Below are positions 23,188 through 36,289 of a DNA stretch of 64,000 nt, one piece after another (the stretch's first letter is position 1; each line of letters opens with the position of its first letter). Location: the NCBI GenBank assembly GCA_013239625.1, contig MU054001.1, positions 3,698,167 to 3,762,166 on the forward strand, written 5' to 3'. This DNA comes from Lama guanicoe. Lineage: Eukaryota. Below the pieces are notes generated by a model, which saw only the letters and a list, made by a program, of their open reading frames with translations, was not told where the DNA came from and ran no database searches. The position numbers were made by a program, and so were the translations under genes.

Positions 23188-23814
23188 TCTCCTCCAGGGC
23201 CCTGATCACACACCTCCTCCAGGGAGCCCTCCCAGGTTACTTGAAATTTCCAGTCTCTCTCTCCTTACAATGTCAACTTCGCCTAAGATCTTAGTACATT
23301 TTCTATTACTCCCTCACAAATGATTTCATAATATTACCTAACCACTCAGATCCCCCCTATCCCTAGTTTCTGGATGGCAGGGACACTCTCTGATGACTGT
23401 CCCTGAGTGTGCTCTTTCGCCCCTAGTCATTCTGGAACACTTTCCGAGTTGCCATTGGTGACCAAATCATCAATGACCTAACAACAGGTGACCTTCTTGC
23501 CCCGAGATGTCCGTGCATAGCCCCGCTAGATAGCCTCCAAACCCAGCTGCAACCTTCTCCCCAGGCTTTTCTAAAATTCAGACACATCAGAAGGCCCACT
23601 CTAGACTTTCCTAGCACCACCAAGAACCACATCACTAGTCAAGCCTCCCCCCACCGGGCTCACCAGCAGACATTAGTGGGCAACCCTGAATGGGCTGAAC
23701 CAAAGGCAAACCTTGCTGGTGCCTCGTTCGGCTTTGCTGTCTACCTCCCCTTCCAGCTGGCTGAGGAGGGAGAGGGGAGATAATGACCTCACTTCCCGAG
23801 TGGACTGATCCATT

Positions 23815-23970
23815 CATGGCCACAGCACTTTGGAGTCATGTGGCCCTGGGTTCGAGTCCTGACTCCACCACCAGCTGGCTGGCTGGATGTCTTCGGAAAA
23901 GTCTCATCCTCTCTCCAATCCTTAGGAATTTTCCTTCTAAAATGGAGATCTTAATAACTCTGCAAGGTGA
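23815..23970 (+). mobile_element. MIR SINE
   Basis: 'gcactttggagtcatgtggccctgggttcgagtcctgactccaccac...ctaaaatggagatcttaata'. Confidence 0.8.
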
Positions 23971-26604
23971 GTAGAAATTTGAAGCTCAAAGAAGCTACCC
24001 TATGGGATGGGTTCTGTAGACTGTGACATCTGTGCACGTGTTGCTGTCAGTGCCTTCCCTTTAATAAACCCTCTTTCAGGAGCACCAAACCTCCATGGAG
24101 ATTTAGCAAAATCAAGCTTCCTTCATCTTTGCATGCCCTTCCAACTACACACTAAGCACTCTCAAAAAGGAAACATTTCAGCTCTGCTTCCATTGTACCC
24201 CACTTCAGGAGCTGGAGTCAGAGCATCATGGACCTCTCACCTGGCGCCCAGGAAGAGGAAGGAGCTGTCCGTCATCCATCACAGGAGACCTTCAAAGACT
24301 CAGCTACCAGAGAGGATGATTTTGAGGGCAATGATCCATTTTCCCCAAAATAACTGAGCAGAATGGGGAATTCTTCTGCATGCCCTACCCTTAATTTTTT
24401 TTTTGACATGTTAGAGGGGGAAAGATTTTGGAATTTATCTCCACCTGCCTAGCTGTTCCAAAGACTTCAGGGGTTTATCAGAGGCACCTCTGCATTGCCA
24501 TGGGCTTCATGGAAAGCCCTGAGCTTCTCACTGCTTTTCAGAGCAGCCAGAGAAACTCTGAAGTTATCTCTTGAGTTTCACATTCATCTGTTTAATATCC
24601 TGGTCTTCCTGTAAAGTTTCATTTCCTCCCCTGTAATGGGCCTGGAGCAGGGATGCTACTGGGATGGGTGAAGTCTTTGGTGCAGGTCAGCAGTCTGGGA
24701 GCATCAGGAGGGCATCGCCCTGACCCATTTTATAGATGGATAAACTGAGGCCAAGAAATTCTAAGTCCCCACGGACAGAATTTGCTGACTCTTGTTTGGG
24801 TCCTCTTTCTGCAAGTTCAGCGTGTTCAAAGTGTTACCCCCACCGCCACCCTCAGGCTGCCCCAAGTGTAGCCAACAGACAGAGCTGGGCCGTGAACTAT
24901 TTCTCACTGATTCGTACCAAGTACAGAAATTGAGGATAAATATTCAGAAAATGTTACTGAAATTGCCAATAACTTTGGAACTGCCACAATATCCAAGAGC
25001 CCGGTCGGTGGACTCATTTCTACAAACAAGATAAAATCCTTTCAGGTGGCAAGATACATGTGGTGGGAGCTAAATGATGGACTCATGACGTGGACCACAT
25101 ATCACCCCAAAGTGGGCCGGGAAGAAGAAGAAAAACTGGTCCTTCTGCACTGACAGTTTGACAAGCACAGTCATTTGGATTTGAAATTTAATGAGCAGTA
25201 TTTTTAATGATAATAGATATTTATTTTGATCTGTTCTAAAAGATATATAACTAGCCCATGAAACCCCCGAGTACATGGATATTTCGGCTTAGCATAAAAC
25301 TAGCAGGGGTATTTCAGTAAAAAAATTTAAAGTCAGACAATCTAAAGAAGAATGTCAACAAGATACTTGTACGGTTGGTCCAAGAGCAGAAACAGCAAAG
25401 TATAATAAAGGTAACATGTGAGAAGGGTGAGGGCTAATACTCAATGCCAAATATATTTGTGAGAATTTCAAAGCAAGTTTCAGAATAAAAGCTTGGAATG
25501 CATGAGAGCAGGCAATACCAGATTTCATTTTGATGGGCAGAGTACTTTCCCACCCATGATAGACTGGGCTGTTACAACTTTACGAGGTGAATGTTCTTGC
25601 TCCTCATGTGACAAGGAAAGAATAAAGTGAGGCAAAGCCAGGAATATGAGTCAGACTATTTGGGAACAAGGAACTCCCAGCCCTGATTCAGGGAGAAGAG
25701 GGCAGTGGGGGCCCGTATCTTGTTTTAGCATCTTCTGCGCTCAAGACAAACCCCAAAGGTAGCACGGCTCATCCCCTCCGGATGTCACGGGGCGCGTTCT
25801 CCAGGTCCTGAATTAAAACGTATCTACCTTGTGAGTCCGACTGACTGGCAGCTTCCAATCTGGGTCTCTCCTCTCCATCTCCTCTCCTCTTCTTTCCTCC
25901 CCTACCCTGGACCCCTGACACCCCATTGGAGTGGCGACTCTTTCGAGGATGCTAAAAATTGCTTTCTTTTTCACTGCTAATTTGCCAACAAGCTTAGCCA
26001 TCAGTCCAGTTGGCCCGAAATGAAATTCTATAATTATACAAAAGCCCGGGTCAGCGACCTCCTGATGGCAATATCTTGTCTCTTTTGTCCCTCCCTTCCA
26101 GCACCTCACCCAGGGGACAAAATTGCTTCGGTTTCTCCGGCCGCCTCCCGAATGAGGTGGTATTGGAAACTAGTGAGGCGTGGCTCGGCGGAGGTGTTCA
26201 TAGCTTTGCAATAATTTAGCCATTTTCATTTTGTTTGATTTCATTAACACCTGGGTCTCGGGGGAGAGCCCAGTTGGGAAAGAGGAAAAAACAAATGATT
26301 TCCGTTGAAATCAAGTGGGTATCGCCACCTCGTCGGGCAACAGCAAGGGAGTGTAGAACACCGAGGGGGCAGTCTGGCCCCATCTTGGTGATGAAGGAGG
26401 ACGCTCGTTGGAGGCAGCCCGCACTGCGCAGCCCCTCCCTTCGTGCCTTTCTGCCTTCCAGGGCCCCCGTCTTGCGCTCACTCCGTTGACACCAAGCATG
26501 GGCCTCATACTCATCCTTCTTTCTCCAGGAGTCAGTCTTATCTGCCCAGGGGACCAGGGTTAGGGGTCCAGGCAGTAATGCTCAAAGAAGGAGCTTCCAC
26601 TCTG

Positions 26605-26770
26605 TACGTCTTGGTTCCATCCTACATAAAGTGGAAATGATAGTTATCTACCTCGCAGGGTTGCTGCAGGAATTGGCGGAGAGCATGGCTGCGGGGCATT
26701 GCATGCGGTCTCTGACACATCGTGGGTGCTCAGGAAATGCGAGAAGCAACAGCGGGAATGGTTGTCATCC
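26605..26770 (+). mobile_element. MIR SINE 3' part
   Basis: 'taaagtggaaatgatagttatctacctcgcagggttgctg...ctgacacatcgtgggtgctcaggaaatg'. Confidence 0.7.
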
Positions 26771-27344
26771 TCATCATTTTTTCTTTCCTCTTCCTCCTCC
26801 TTCTTCTCCTTCATCATTCTCAGGCCCTGTTCTGCCATGTTGGCCTCTACAGGCCCTCACCAAACAGAACCCAGTCCCAGGGTGAACGTGAAGGGCTTGT
26901 CAAGGGTGTTTATGGGGTGAGGACCAAACAGTCCACAGATCAGAGCCTTCCGGGGAGATTCTCACCCAGTACAAGCCATGCTGCTGATCTGCATGGCTCA
27001 CTCTCTCAAAGGCCTAAGTTCTCTGGGTGACTCCATGATGCCAGAGTGATGGGGAAAAACACTCCACTGACTGGCGGCAACCAATGGGGAGAGAGCCCGT
27101 GATGGCCAGGACGAGCTTAAACACCAGGTCTCACTGTCTATCCCTCCATTTCCCTAGGAGACACCCCAGAGAGATGTCAGGGCTGCGAGGCAAAAGCCAC
27201 CACCAGTTGGACCCACGACTATAGCAGGTGGATGGAAAACTTGCTTTTGGGTGGAAGGGTCTTCAAGGAGCAAGACAGTCCACTTCCATCATCACAGGAG
27301 GCTGAGCTGCCTGTAAAGGCAAGGCCTTCCATTCTTAATTATAA

Positions 27345-27560
27345 GAACAGAATGACAACTAAGCGGGCATTTATTAAGTGCTTGCTGTGTGCAGTGTTCA
27401 GAGCGCTGCCCACGTAATAGCTCATTTTATCCTCATGAGTCTCTGCGGTCATTGTCCCCAGTTTCTGGCTGAGAAAACTTAGGCAGCTGAAGTCAGTCTC
27501 TGGTTCCAGGCCTGACAACCAAGAAGCGACAGAGCTAAGAAGCCGCTCTGGTCGGCGGGT
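27345..27560 (-). mobile_element. MIR SINE
   Basis: 'gcatttattaagtgcttgctgtgtgc...ctcattttatcctca...gagaaaacttaggc'. Confidence 0.75.
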
Positions 27561-28289
27561 CCTGGGGTCCACGTCTCTAGCTGTTGGACAGCTCCGGCGG
27601 TTGCAAAGTTCTCCACTGTCTTGACCTAAGACCTCCTGGAACTCGTGTCCTTGGATCCTGTTCTGCATTTTGGGGGTCTCTGCGCTGAAGTCAGCTCCCC
27701 TCCAGTGAGAGACCCCTGCGGGTGGGGGCTTTCAGCTCCTCGGCTCCAGACTGAAAACACCGTCAGCCATTGATCACTGGCTGTGAGGTAAGGAGCTCCT
27801 CCACCGTGCCTTCAACTGGGGCACTGGTGACAGGAGCCCCAGAAAAGCTCAGCGGGCAGCAGAGGGAGAACTCATCTCCATCCTCCCTGGATGCTTGGTC
27901 TCTGATCAGGAACTCTTGGCTACACAGTTTTCCGACTTCCACATGCTCCAGAATCTTCTAGGTCAAACGTGCGGATTCCGGGGCTCCACGTCCAGACATG
28001 TGGCATTAGGATGATATGGTGAACCCAAGAATATGGAAAGAGAGCTGCAAGGGTTTCTGAGTGGGAAGGCAGAGGGTGGGGGCGAGGGGAGATGTCCCAG
28101 CCTGAAGTCCCAGCCCCTCCTCAGTCAGCCACTCCCATTCAATTGAAATAATTCTTGTGACACGCCCCCAGCCACCCTCCCACCTCCTGCTAGGCAGCTG
28201 AGGCCCCCAGCCCAGGACCTTCCATCAGCCGTTGGAAAGCCCAGGGTCTGAAGGCATTGGGCTTCCTCAGTGAAACCATACTTCCTCTC

Positions 28290-28810
28290 TCCCACCCCGC
28301 TTCTTTCTGTTTCTTCACTCGCCTCAAGCTTATTCCCATCTCAGAGCCTTGGAATTTGCTATTCTCTTCCCAAGATCTTTTTGAGGTTGGCTTCTTCTCA
28401 ATGCCTCCTCCTCACTGAGGCCTTCCCCGACCATCCTCTCTGCAGCTGAGTCCTCTCAGGCCCCCTCCATCATGTTACTCTGCTCCATCTTTTTTTTTTT
28501 TCACAGCACTGAAACTTCCTGTTTGTTCGTTGTCTGTCTCCCTTTCAGAGGAAGCCTGTGTCTCTTACTCCCCTCTGTGCCTCAGTTTCCACATCTGTAA
28601 AGTGGGAATAACCTGACCTCTCAGGACTGTTGGGATAACCAAAGAAGTCAACATATGTAGAATACTCCAACAGCACACAGGGCCATGGCAATCACCATCG
28701 AAGTGATGGTTTTATTACTTACGTTATTATTTGTTACTCTGTTCTCAGCATCCAGAATTGCACGTTGGACATAGTAGGCACCCAATACATATTTTTGAAT
28801 GAATGCACAC
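28290..28810 (+). mobile_element. L2 3' region with a nested MIR (about 28572-28720)
   Basis: L2 'ctcagagccttggaatttgct...gaggccttccccgacca' and terminus 'acatagtaggcacccaatacatatttttgaatgaatg'; internal MIR core 'ctctgtgcctcagtttccacatctgtaaagtgggaataa'. Confidence 0.85.
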
Positions 28811-29366
28811 GTGGATGGATGAGCCAAGATGCAGAGGGCCTAAAAAGTCCCGCCCTATCTGCTTCCCAAGACCCAGGCTACCCCCTCCTCGTGGGCTGTA
28901 ATTACCCAATAATGAGCACCCCAGTCCCCGAGGGCTTCACATGTGGCGCATTCTCCAAAGATGAAAAGCTCATTTGTTAATAACTACATAGCAATATCTA
29001 AAATTTTGGTTGCATTGTGAGGCCGGGTGCCTTCCCCATTCACCAATAATGACAGACCACTTAAAAAATAAATAACACGTATAATTTAAGCAACTAAAAC
29101 AAATAGCAGTGTTGGCTTTCCCTGGGGAAATATTTTCACTACTTCCTCGAGACGTCCTCACGGGTGCCCCTGCCTTGGCCTCCCCTGCTGAGATGCTTTC
29201 TCAGCAGGCGGCCTGGGAGTCGAGCAGCACGAGGAGAAGTGGCAGGGAGCAGACTTCATCCCCAGCCTCTCTGGAGACTGGGGTCATTTTCTCCACGGCT
29301 GGGAAGAGGAAACTGCTTTCTCCCTCCACATCCACCCCTGCTTTCTTCCCTGGTACCCTCTCCCCT

Positions 29367-29590
29367 CAGGGGTTACAAACTCAAATGCCTATAGGGGCAG
29401 GCAGACAATGTATATGAGCAATGTAGGTGGGTGGAGGAGGCGATAGGGATGGGTGGGGCTTGTGGTAAATTGAAAAGCAAAGGTCCCTCCCACTGTTGAC
29501 AAACCTGGCCAATGGTTGTTATGCAGATAAAGAGGAATGAAGGTTCAGTTTTGCTAAATCTCCTGAGGTTTCAAAAGATGCCATCAATTT
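29367..29590 (+). mobile_element. MER102-like hAT-Charlie element
   Basis: Begins 'caggggttacaaactcaaatgcctataggggcaggcag'. Confidence 0.8.
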
Positions 29591-29619
29591 GTACTAAAAT
29601 GTTGAGCACTTTAATGATC

Positions 29620-29800
29620 TCAAAGTCCTACATTCTGGCCCCTGTTGCCTCTGATGTCATCTCTTACTTCTCTATGCTTCACTCATTCTGCTCTGGTCAT
29701 CTGGCCTTTTTCCTATTTGGGGACCAGGCCAGACACACTCCTACCACAGGACATTTGCACTGGCTATGCCCGCTGCCTAGAGCTTTCTTCTCCCAGATAA
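29620..29800 (+). mobile_element. L2 fragment
   Basis: 'tctggcccctgttgcctctgatgtcatctc...cactcctaccacaggacatttgcactggct...tcccagata'. Confidence 0.8.
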
Positions 29801-29894
29801 ACTCCCAGTTTGGGAGGCCAGTGTGGCTGGAGTACAGTAGGTAAGGAGGGACATGGCAGGGAAGGGAGTCAGAGGAGAACCCAGGACAGCCAGA

Positions 29895-30570
29895 TTATGG
29901 GTAGGGACAGGGAGATTAAAATCATACAGGGAGGTTTTGATTGTCACAAAAGTCGGGGGGTGGTAACAGCATCACACAGGTAAGGGCCCAGCACAAAGAA
30001 ATATCCACCAAATATCGAAGCAGGTAAAAAACCTAGGTTTAATGTTTGGAGCCTAGAATCTCACTTTATTTCACATTGGATATAAAGGGTTTTTTGTTTT
30101 GTTTTGTTTTTTTGTACAATTTAATTCAACACCAAACTTTCTATAGCTGCCGCTTGTGTGTAAATCAAGGGAGTTATGCTCTGTTCTATCTGGAGCTTTA
30201 TCAGGAGTTGGTCACCTTGACGGGGACTCTGTCATTGAAAGCTAGGCCACTTGTGAACCTGGAATCAGCAGCAGAGCCTCCATCTGCATCTGCAGGTCAT
30301 GGAGATGTAGGTAGCTACGTCGGCTGCAAGCTCTTTATACCTTCGCTGTGCCTTGCAGGAGAGCTGGCCTGAAATATCTACATTCTGAGATAACTGTTAT
30401 TTTATTATAAATTAGTTGCCTTTTAATTCTCCTCTAGAGTGTACTCAGGACATTATATGGCTTCCATGGATTTATTTAAATGATATGTACAGATAGGTTA
30501 CGGTGTCTATGAACTTCATTTCAGCACAGTGTAAGCACCATTTCAATGCATTTGTTATTTAATAAAGAAA
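29895..30570 (+). mobile_element. Probable MER20B-like hAT element inside an antisense L2 (L2 pieces at about 29810-29895 and 30690-30815)
   Basis: MER20-like 'ttttgattgtcacaa' start and 'gtctatgaacttcatttcag...atttgttat' near the end. Very diverged. Confidence 0.45.
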
Positions 30571-31002
30571 AAAAAAGAAAAGAAAAGAAATGACTGATAT
30601 GCTTGAGTCCCCAGATGTGGAAACTTGCAGGACACAGAACAGGACTCGGGCCCTGTCTCGGTCGCCTGGGAGCCCTGGGAGGGCCCTCGAGGGGGACAAG
30701 GGCAGAAGCGGGGATGCTCAGCCATCCAGGAGAAATACCAGGAACAGCCGTGGAGCAGGTGGGGTGGGGAGCAGAGAGACTTGCTGATGGATTGAATGTG
30801 GGATGTGAGAGGTGACCCCATAGTTTGATTCTGGGGGAAAGAAAAGAGGTCAGTTTCTGAGCTAGGGCAATCTGCATCTTGATGTCAGTGTCACTCTGTG
30901 CCCAGGGACTAGAAAAAGCCCCCTGGCTAAGGCTAGGAGGCCACCCCCTTCCCGCCACCCCACCCCACCTCTGCCCATCGCTGGCCCTGGCGGGGCCACA
31001 TT

Positions 31003-31170
31003 ATGGAGCGAGCACAAGATCTGGAGTCAGAGTGGCTGAGCCCAAGCCCTGGCTCCACCACTGACCAGCTGTGTGATCCTGAGCAAGTCACTCGACTCCA
31101 AGGCTTGGTTTCTCCACCGGGAAGAATAAGGTTGATAATAATACTTTAGAATGTGGTTGTGAAGACAAAA
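31003..31170 (+). mobile_element. MIR SINE
   Basis: 'ctggagtcagagtggctgagcccaagccctggctccaccactgaccagctgtgtgatcctgagcaagtcactc'. Confidence 0.85.
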
Positions 31171-31357
31171 CTGCATGCCAGCAAACTGGGGCCCTGCAGG
31201 GAGCCACTAATGGCTCCAAGCTTCTAGGCTCTCTTGTGTCCCCTTAGGCTGTCCTCAAAAATTTAAGAGACACTCGGGCCAACTCTCTGCTAGATTTTTA
31301 ATTTGTTATCTCCATCTTGCTCCTCTCCCAAAGATGTCTTTTACAAATGCGCGTTCA

Positions 31358-31513
31358 GAGGCGAAGGTATAGCTCAAGTGATAGACCGCATGCTTAGTTC
31401 AATCCTCAGTACCTCCTCTAAAAATAAAATAGTAATAATAATAATCAATTCATTGAAAAATACATAAATAAATCTAATTACCTCCCCCCAAGACAAACAA
31501 ACAAATAAATAAA
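31358..31513 (+). mobile_element. tRNA-Ala-derived SINE (camelid vic-1 type) with an internal deletion
   Basis: 'ggtatagctcaagtgatagaccgcatgcttag/ttcaatcctcagtacctcc', then an A-rich linker, 'ctaattacctccccc' and an A-rich tail. Confidence 0.85.
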
Positions 31514-31547
31514 CTGCTGGTCAATTCTTTTAAAAACATGCATAGTC

Positions 31548-31578
31548 ATACAGACACACACACACACACACACACACA
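31548..31578. repeat. (CA)n microsatellite
   Basis: Directly visible. Confidence 0.95.
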
Positions 31579-31716
31579 AATGAAGGTATGAAAGGGAAGG
31601 AAAGAGAATTAAAGAGAAAACAAAATAAATTGAATCAAAGAATTAAGAGATTAAGAGAGTTGGCATGACTGGGCATAAACTGGGCATGAATTTCCCAATG
31701 GGTAAGACAAAAACAG

Positions 31717-32231
31717 AGTCGGTTATTGCTACATAGCAAACCAACCCAAAGCTAAGGCCCTTCAAACATCACTTGTTATTCCTCACGAATCGGCGGGTCA
31801 GCGGGTCAGCCTGCTGGACTGGACCAGGCTAGTCTGATCTTGTCTGGGCTCACTCTCGCATCAGAGGTGGATGGCACACTGCTGGCGGCTCTGAGATGGT
31901 CTCAACTGGGACACCTCTACCCTGCCCAAGGAGTCTCCCATGCTCTAGTAGGCTGGTATGGTCTTGTTCACATGGCAGTGGCATGATTCCAATTCTTTTA
32001 AACACGTGGAGACCTGTGTAAGGCCTCGCATACAGTCTGGGACCTGAGAGGGTGGAAGGTACAAGATGTCTTGGAAAGCCTATTCCTCTAAGCTTGGAAC
32101 TGGCTCAACTCCATTCCTGCCACAACTCAGTTAGCTGAAACAAGCCACGAGGTCGGTCCAGATTCAAGAAATGGACCCCACCTCTTATTGGGAGGAATAA
32201 AGGAGTGTCACCATTTTTTCAGTTTACCACA
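31717..32231 (-). mobile_element. MLT1 (F/G/H-like) MaLR LTR
   Basis: 'tattgctacatagcaaaccaacccaaa...ctgggctcactc...cttgttcacatggc...ggtccagattcaag...ccacctctt...tttaccaca'. Confidence 0.8.
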
Positions 32232-33814
32232 ACGGCAGATGGCATTGCTCTAATTATCAGAGAAGAAATATGGCAGTTCCTTGGGGCAAACTTGTTCCCC
32301 TTGACCAACTCAGAGAAATGATCCCAAGGGGCATACACCATATTGGCTTCATGTTCTCCACAGCAACGATCTTTTATTGAGTATGTACTTACCCCGTGCC
32401 AGACCTGCTAAAGCACTCAGCATCCATGTGCTTGAAAAAATGCAGAAGGCACAGTGCAGCTCTTACTCGTGAGCGTGATTGTTAGTACAGGCTTGAAGAG
32501 TTATTTGTGGTCCCCTTTGTTTTCTCTTATTGCTTTCCATTTGCAGTAAGTGATATCAATCTTCCTCTCATGCAAATAATATAAAAATTTCCTTTTGAAA
32601 TAGATCAATCTAAGTCTTTTTAAAGTAAGTCAATTTGAAGGAAAAATAAATAATGTTTAATTAAAGCAAAATAATTTTTATAAATCATAAGAAATCACAA
32701 GAAATAAATATGGTGCAGGTAGTATGTGCTCACTGCAGAATGCATGAGGATGCAGATCATGCACTGGAGCTTGTGATACACATTAAATCATCTCTCCATC
32801 CCTGAGATCTAAGCATTGTCATTTCCATGTTGAAGACAGAGAACCTGAGGACAGATCGGGCCCACGGAGGCTGAGATCCAAGACGCTGACAGATGTATGA
32901 CTTTGCTTGGAAAGACCCTGGGTGAAAGTTCCCATGTGGCTTGTCATAAGAAGCCTGGCACACTGCAGAGGCCCATGGCAGCATCTGTCCCCATGTGAGA
33001 CCCCTGGGGTTCCCTGGGTGGCCCCCATTCCTGACTTCTGAGCATAAATGAAGATGGCAGGCCACATTCTCAGAATCTGAATCAAATAGAATTGGAATCA
33101 GAAAGTTCCATGGAGACCCAAATGAGGCTCTGGATTGAAATCTCCAGGAGAGGCAGGTGAGAGAGTGGTGCATGCAAACTGAAAAACTGCACAAGAGAGG
33201 CTGAGAGCATAGGGCAACACTGAATAAATTAGGAGAAAATAGACATGCTCGTGGGAGAGGGGAATGGGAGACCCTCAGGCCTTGCACTTTTGTGGCTGCA
33301 CCTCCAGTGGGGCCATCCTGGGGCCAGATACCGAGGACCAGCAAGGGACAGGAGTGGCAAGGGGAAGTGACAAAGCTCTCTGTGGCTCCAGACCCCAGGT
33401 TCCCAGCCTCACAGGCCTCCAGTTGCTCCTTCAGGGCCCCCAGTGTTTAATATCACTCGGAAGTGCTTCCTGGTGTCTAGCTGTTTCTCTCTTCTTCAAA
33501 CAAACCCTGGCCAGAGAGGAAAAGTTGACCACTTCTTATGGGGCACTCATGCTGGAGCATCCTCCAAGCAAGGACCACGTGAAGCAGGGGTACCACCTGA
33601 TGTTCCCAAAGTTAAAGGGTATCCAGGGAGAGGCCTGGGGTGGTGAGAGCAGCCAGGAGTCAGGTAGGAAGGTGATTTCTGTTCATTCACTCTCTTTGAT
33701 GGATTAGCCCTGGTCCCATGTTTGAGGAGTTAGGGGGGAAGCCTTCCAAGTTCACTCCCGCCCCAATCACACGCAACACGGTGGTGGCTCTGAGGGCAGA
33801 GAAGAGCAGGGTCG

Positions 33815-34050
33815 AGTGAGGCCAGTGGGTCAACAGCCCGGGCTTGAAGTTTGAACCTGCCTTTATGGACTGTGTGACCATGGCAACCCCTCCAACATCT
33901 GGAGCCTTGGTTTCCTTACCTGAGAATAGTAATCAAATCTCATAGAGATTTATTAAGGACTAAATGAGACGGAAAATAAACTGCTTACAAAACATCTGTC
34001 GCGTGGTCAGTACTCAAAAACAAGACAGTTGTTTGTTGCTTTTATTATTA
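33815..34050 (+). mobile_element. MIR SINE followed by an L2 fragment (about 34090-34250)
   Basis: 'ctgtgtgaccatggcaac...gagccttggtttccttacctgagaatagtaat...tcatagagatttattaaggactaaatgaga'. Confidence 0.75.
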
Positions 34051-34454
34051 TTTCCACTCCCTTCCCTAGCAGATCACCGGCCAGTGCCCAGGGTTGTTTT
34101 CACACGGTCCATAGTCATTTCCTGCTCCAGAGCCTTTGCTCAGGCTTCCTCCATTACCTAGAATGTCCTCCTCTACTCCACTCCTAATCCAGCCTGTTGC
34201 TGGGGTCAGAGCACTTCCCACCTCCTCCAGGAAGCCCTCACCACCTCCCTTGAGACCCTGCTTCGGCATTCACAGCAGTTGCCCCTTATCACTTCTCAGG
34301 ATCTCATCTCCATCTCCTCAGTGGTGGGACCCTCTTTGGCCAGGCCTAAGCCCTCCCCTTTTTTCATACCCTCCTGCAGCCTTGTCCAGGTGTATTTCCT
34401 GGCTATCTGATGGGATTTGTTCCAGAAAACAGCTCCAAGCGTCATCCTCTGAGG

Positions 34455-34674
34455 CAGTGGTTCTCAATCGGGGGTGACACTCACCCCCAAGCATTTGGCA
34501 ATGTCTGGAGACATTGTTCGTCACAACCGTGGTGTGGGGCGGGTAGGGTTGCTACTGTCACCTAGTAGGTGCGGCCAGGGAGGATGCCAAATACACCACC
34601 GTCCACAGGATACCGCCCACAATGAAGGCATCTCCGACTCAAAGTGTCCATAGTGCTGAGCAAGAGAAACCATG
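34455..34674 (+). mobile_element. MER20 (hAT-Charlie), near full length
   Basis: 'cagtggttctcaatcgggggtga...catttggcaatgtctggagacatt...gtcacaac...ggccagggaggatgcc...aaagtgtccatagtgctgag...gagaaaccatg'. Confidence 0.92.
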
Positions 34675-34995
34675 CTTCCAGGAGGCACCTGTTCTTCTAA
34701 GAGCGTGAGCTCTGGGCCTCCGGGTAACTCGGTTCTCAGGACAGCACAAATCACAGCTGGGCTGCCATCCCCGTTTTACAGCTCCCAGCACCTGGAGTTG
34801 TGTCTGCGCCTGAAATGGAGCCCCCTCGCACCCCGCCCCTTGTCAGAGCATCTGCAAGTCCCTGCGGATTTGTATGAAGCAACTGACCTGTGACTAAGGC
34901 CAGCTGAGCTCTCCTTGTTCCCGCGGGGCAGGGACAATGCGCCATTACCAGGAGGCCAGGTCCCAGCCCACAGCACGGAGCAGGGGCTGGAGACG

Positions 34996-35017
34996 GAGAG
35001 AGAGAGAGAGAGAGAGA
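34996..35017. repeat. (GA)n microsatellite
   Basis: Directly visible. Confidence 0.9.
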
Positions 35018-35870
35018 CAGGGCAGGGCGAGAGCAGTCCTGGGAGGGGTGTGCCGAGAGTCTCTGGCATGAATCATAATTAAGACACCACAAATGTCAGT
35101 ATCTCCTTCTAGATGCCCAGTACGTGAGGGTTTATGCTTTACTCTCAACCCTGATGAGATGCCTCCTCCTGCCACCTTCAGGGGTATCGCTGGTTGTTCT
35201 CACAACCAACTAGGTGAGGAAACTAAGGCTGGAAGAAATCAGGTGATTTGCCAAGGTCACCCACTGTAGGTGAAACAGAGACCGGAACTCGGTTTATCTG
35301 AAATATGGTTTTTATAAAGCACCCATTCTGTGTCAAGCACAGTGAAAGTGCCAGGTGGCGAGTCGGTAACCTCAGGGGATCAGAGAACCCCCTAAAAACC
35401 TGGTGAAACCCGGCCACAGCCCTCCTTCCAGCTTCTGCAGCTTACCTATGATGAGGCTCCGCCCCACCACCGTTGATTGGGCCAGGAGAGGGCGTGACCC
35501 AAGATGAGCCAATCAGAATCTCCCTCCAAGAAACTGGAAATTTGGACAGAACTTGTCCAAATCAGATAGAGGTGGGCCGGGAAGATGAAGGTCCTGAGGG
35601 AAAAGCATCCTTATCTGATCTGGGTGCTCAAAGCCAAGGGCAAGTGGAGGTGAGAGAAGGACAAACCCTGCCAACTTCTATATGTATAGGAGGCACTCCG
35701 TCTATGAAGCAGCCGGGAACTTCCACGTGCAGAGCAGCTGACCCACCATGCAGCCCTGGAGGCAGAGAAGGTCTCTGCAACCACTGGTCCTCCAAGTGCC
35801 TTACTTCCTGCATCTTGATTGCAATGGAATCCTTGAAGTTAGACTGTGTTTTTGCTCTTTGCCTCTAAAT

Positions 35871-36086
35871 CCGAAGTTGGCAAACTTCCTGTAAAGGGCC
35901 AGGTAGTGAGTATTTTTGGCTTTGAGGGCTACACAGTCTGCATCCTAACCGCACAACTCTGCCATTGCAGCAGGAGAGCAGACAACAAGGAAATGTAGGA
36001 GCATGGCTGGGTTCCAATAAAGCTTTAAATACCATCATGCACAGAGGGCAGAATTTGGCCCACAGGCTGTAGTTTGCTGACCCCTG
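35871..36086 (+). mobile_element. MER58A (hAT-Charlie MITE)
   Basis: 'ttggcaaacttcctgtaaagggccaggtagtgagtatttttggctttg...ttccaataaagcttta...gtagtttgctgacccctg'. The 8-bp flanks ctctaaat / atccaaat resemble a hAT TSD. Confidence 0.92.
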
Positions 36087-36289
36087 ATCCAAATAAAGCC
36101 TGAGGTCCAGTGCACAACATTTGTCTAAAGCACAGCTCCTGTGTCTCAGGAGACAGCTAAAAACCTGGTGTAGCTGAGCGGTCAATGCCCGACCCCATCC
36201 TCTGGGCACTGACCTCTGAACCTGAAGCTGCTGACTACAAAGCCCTATGACCCCCTGGGACAGTACAGTGCTGACAGATGGGGACCCAA

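Noticed and set aside
32757..33344. 195-aa minus-strand ORF, and likewise the 202-aa ORF at 51744-52352
   Set aside because: No domain similarity or codon/splice support. The first overlaps a MIR fragment, and open frames of this size are common in GC-rich mammalian DNA.
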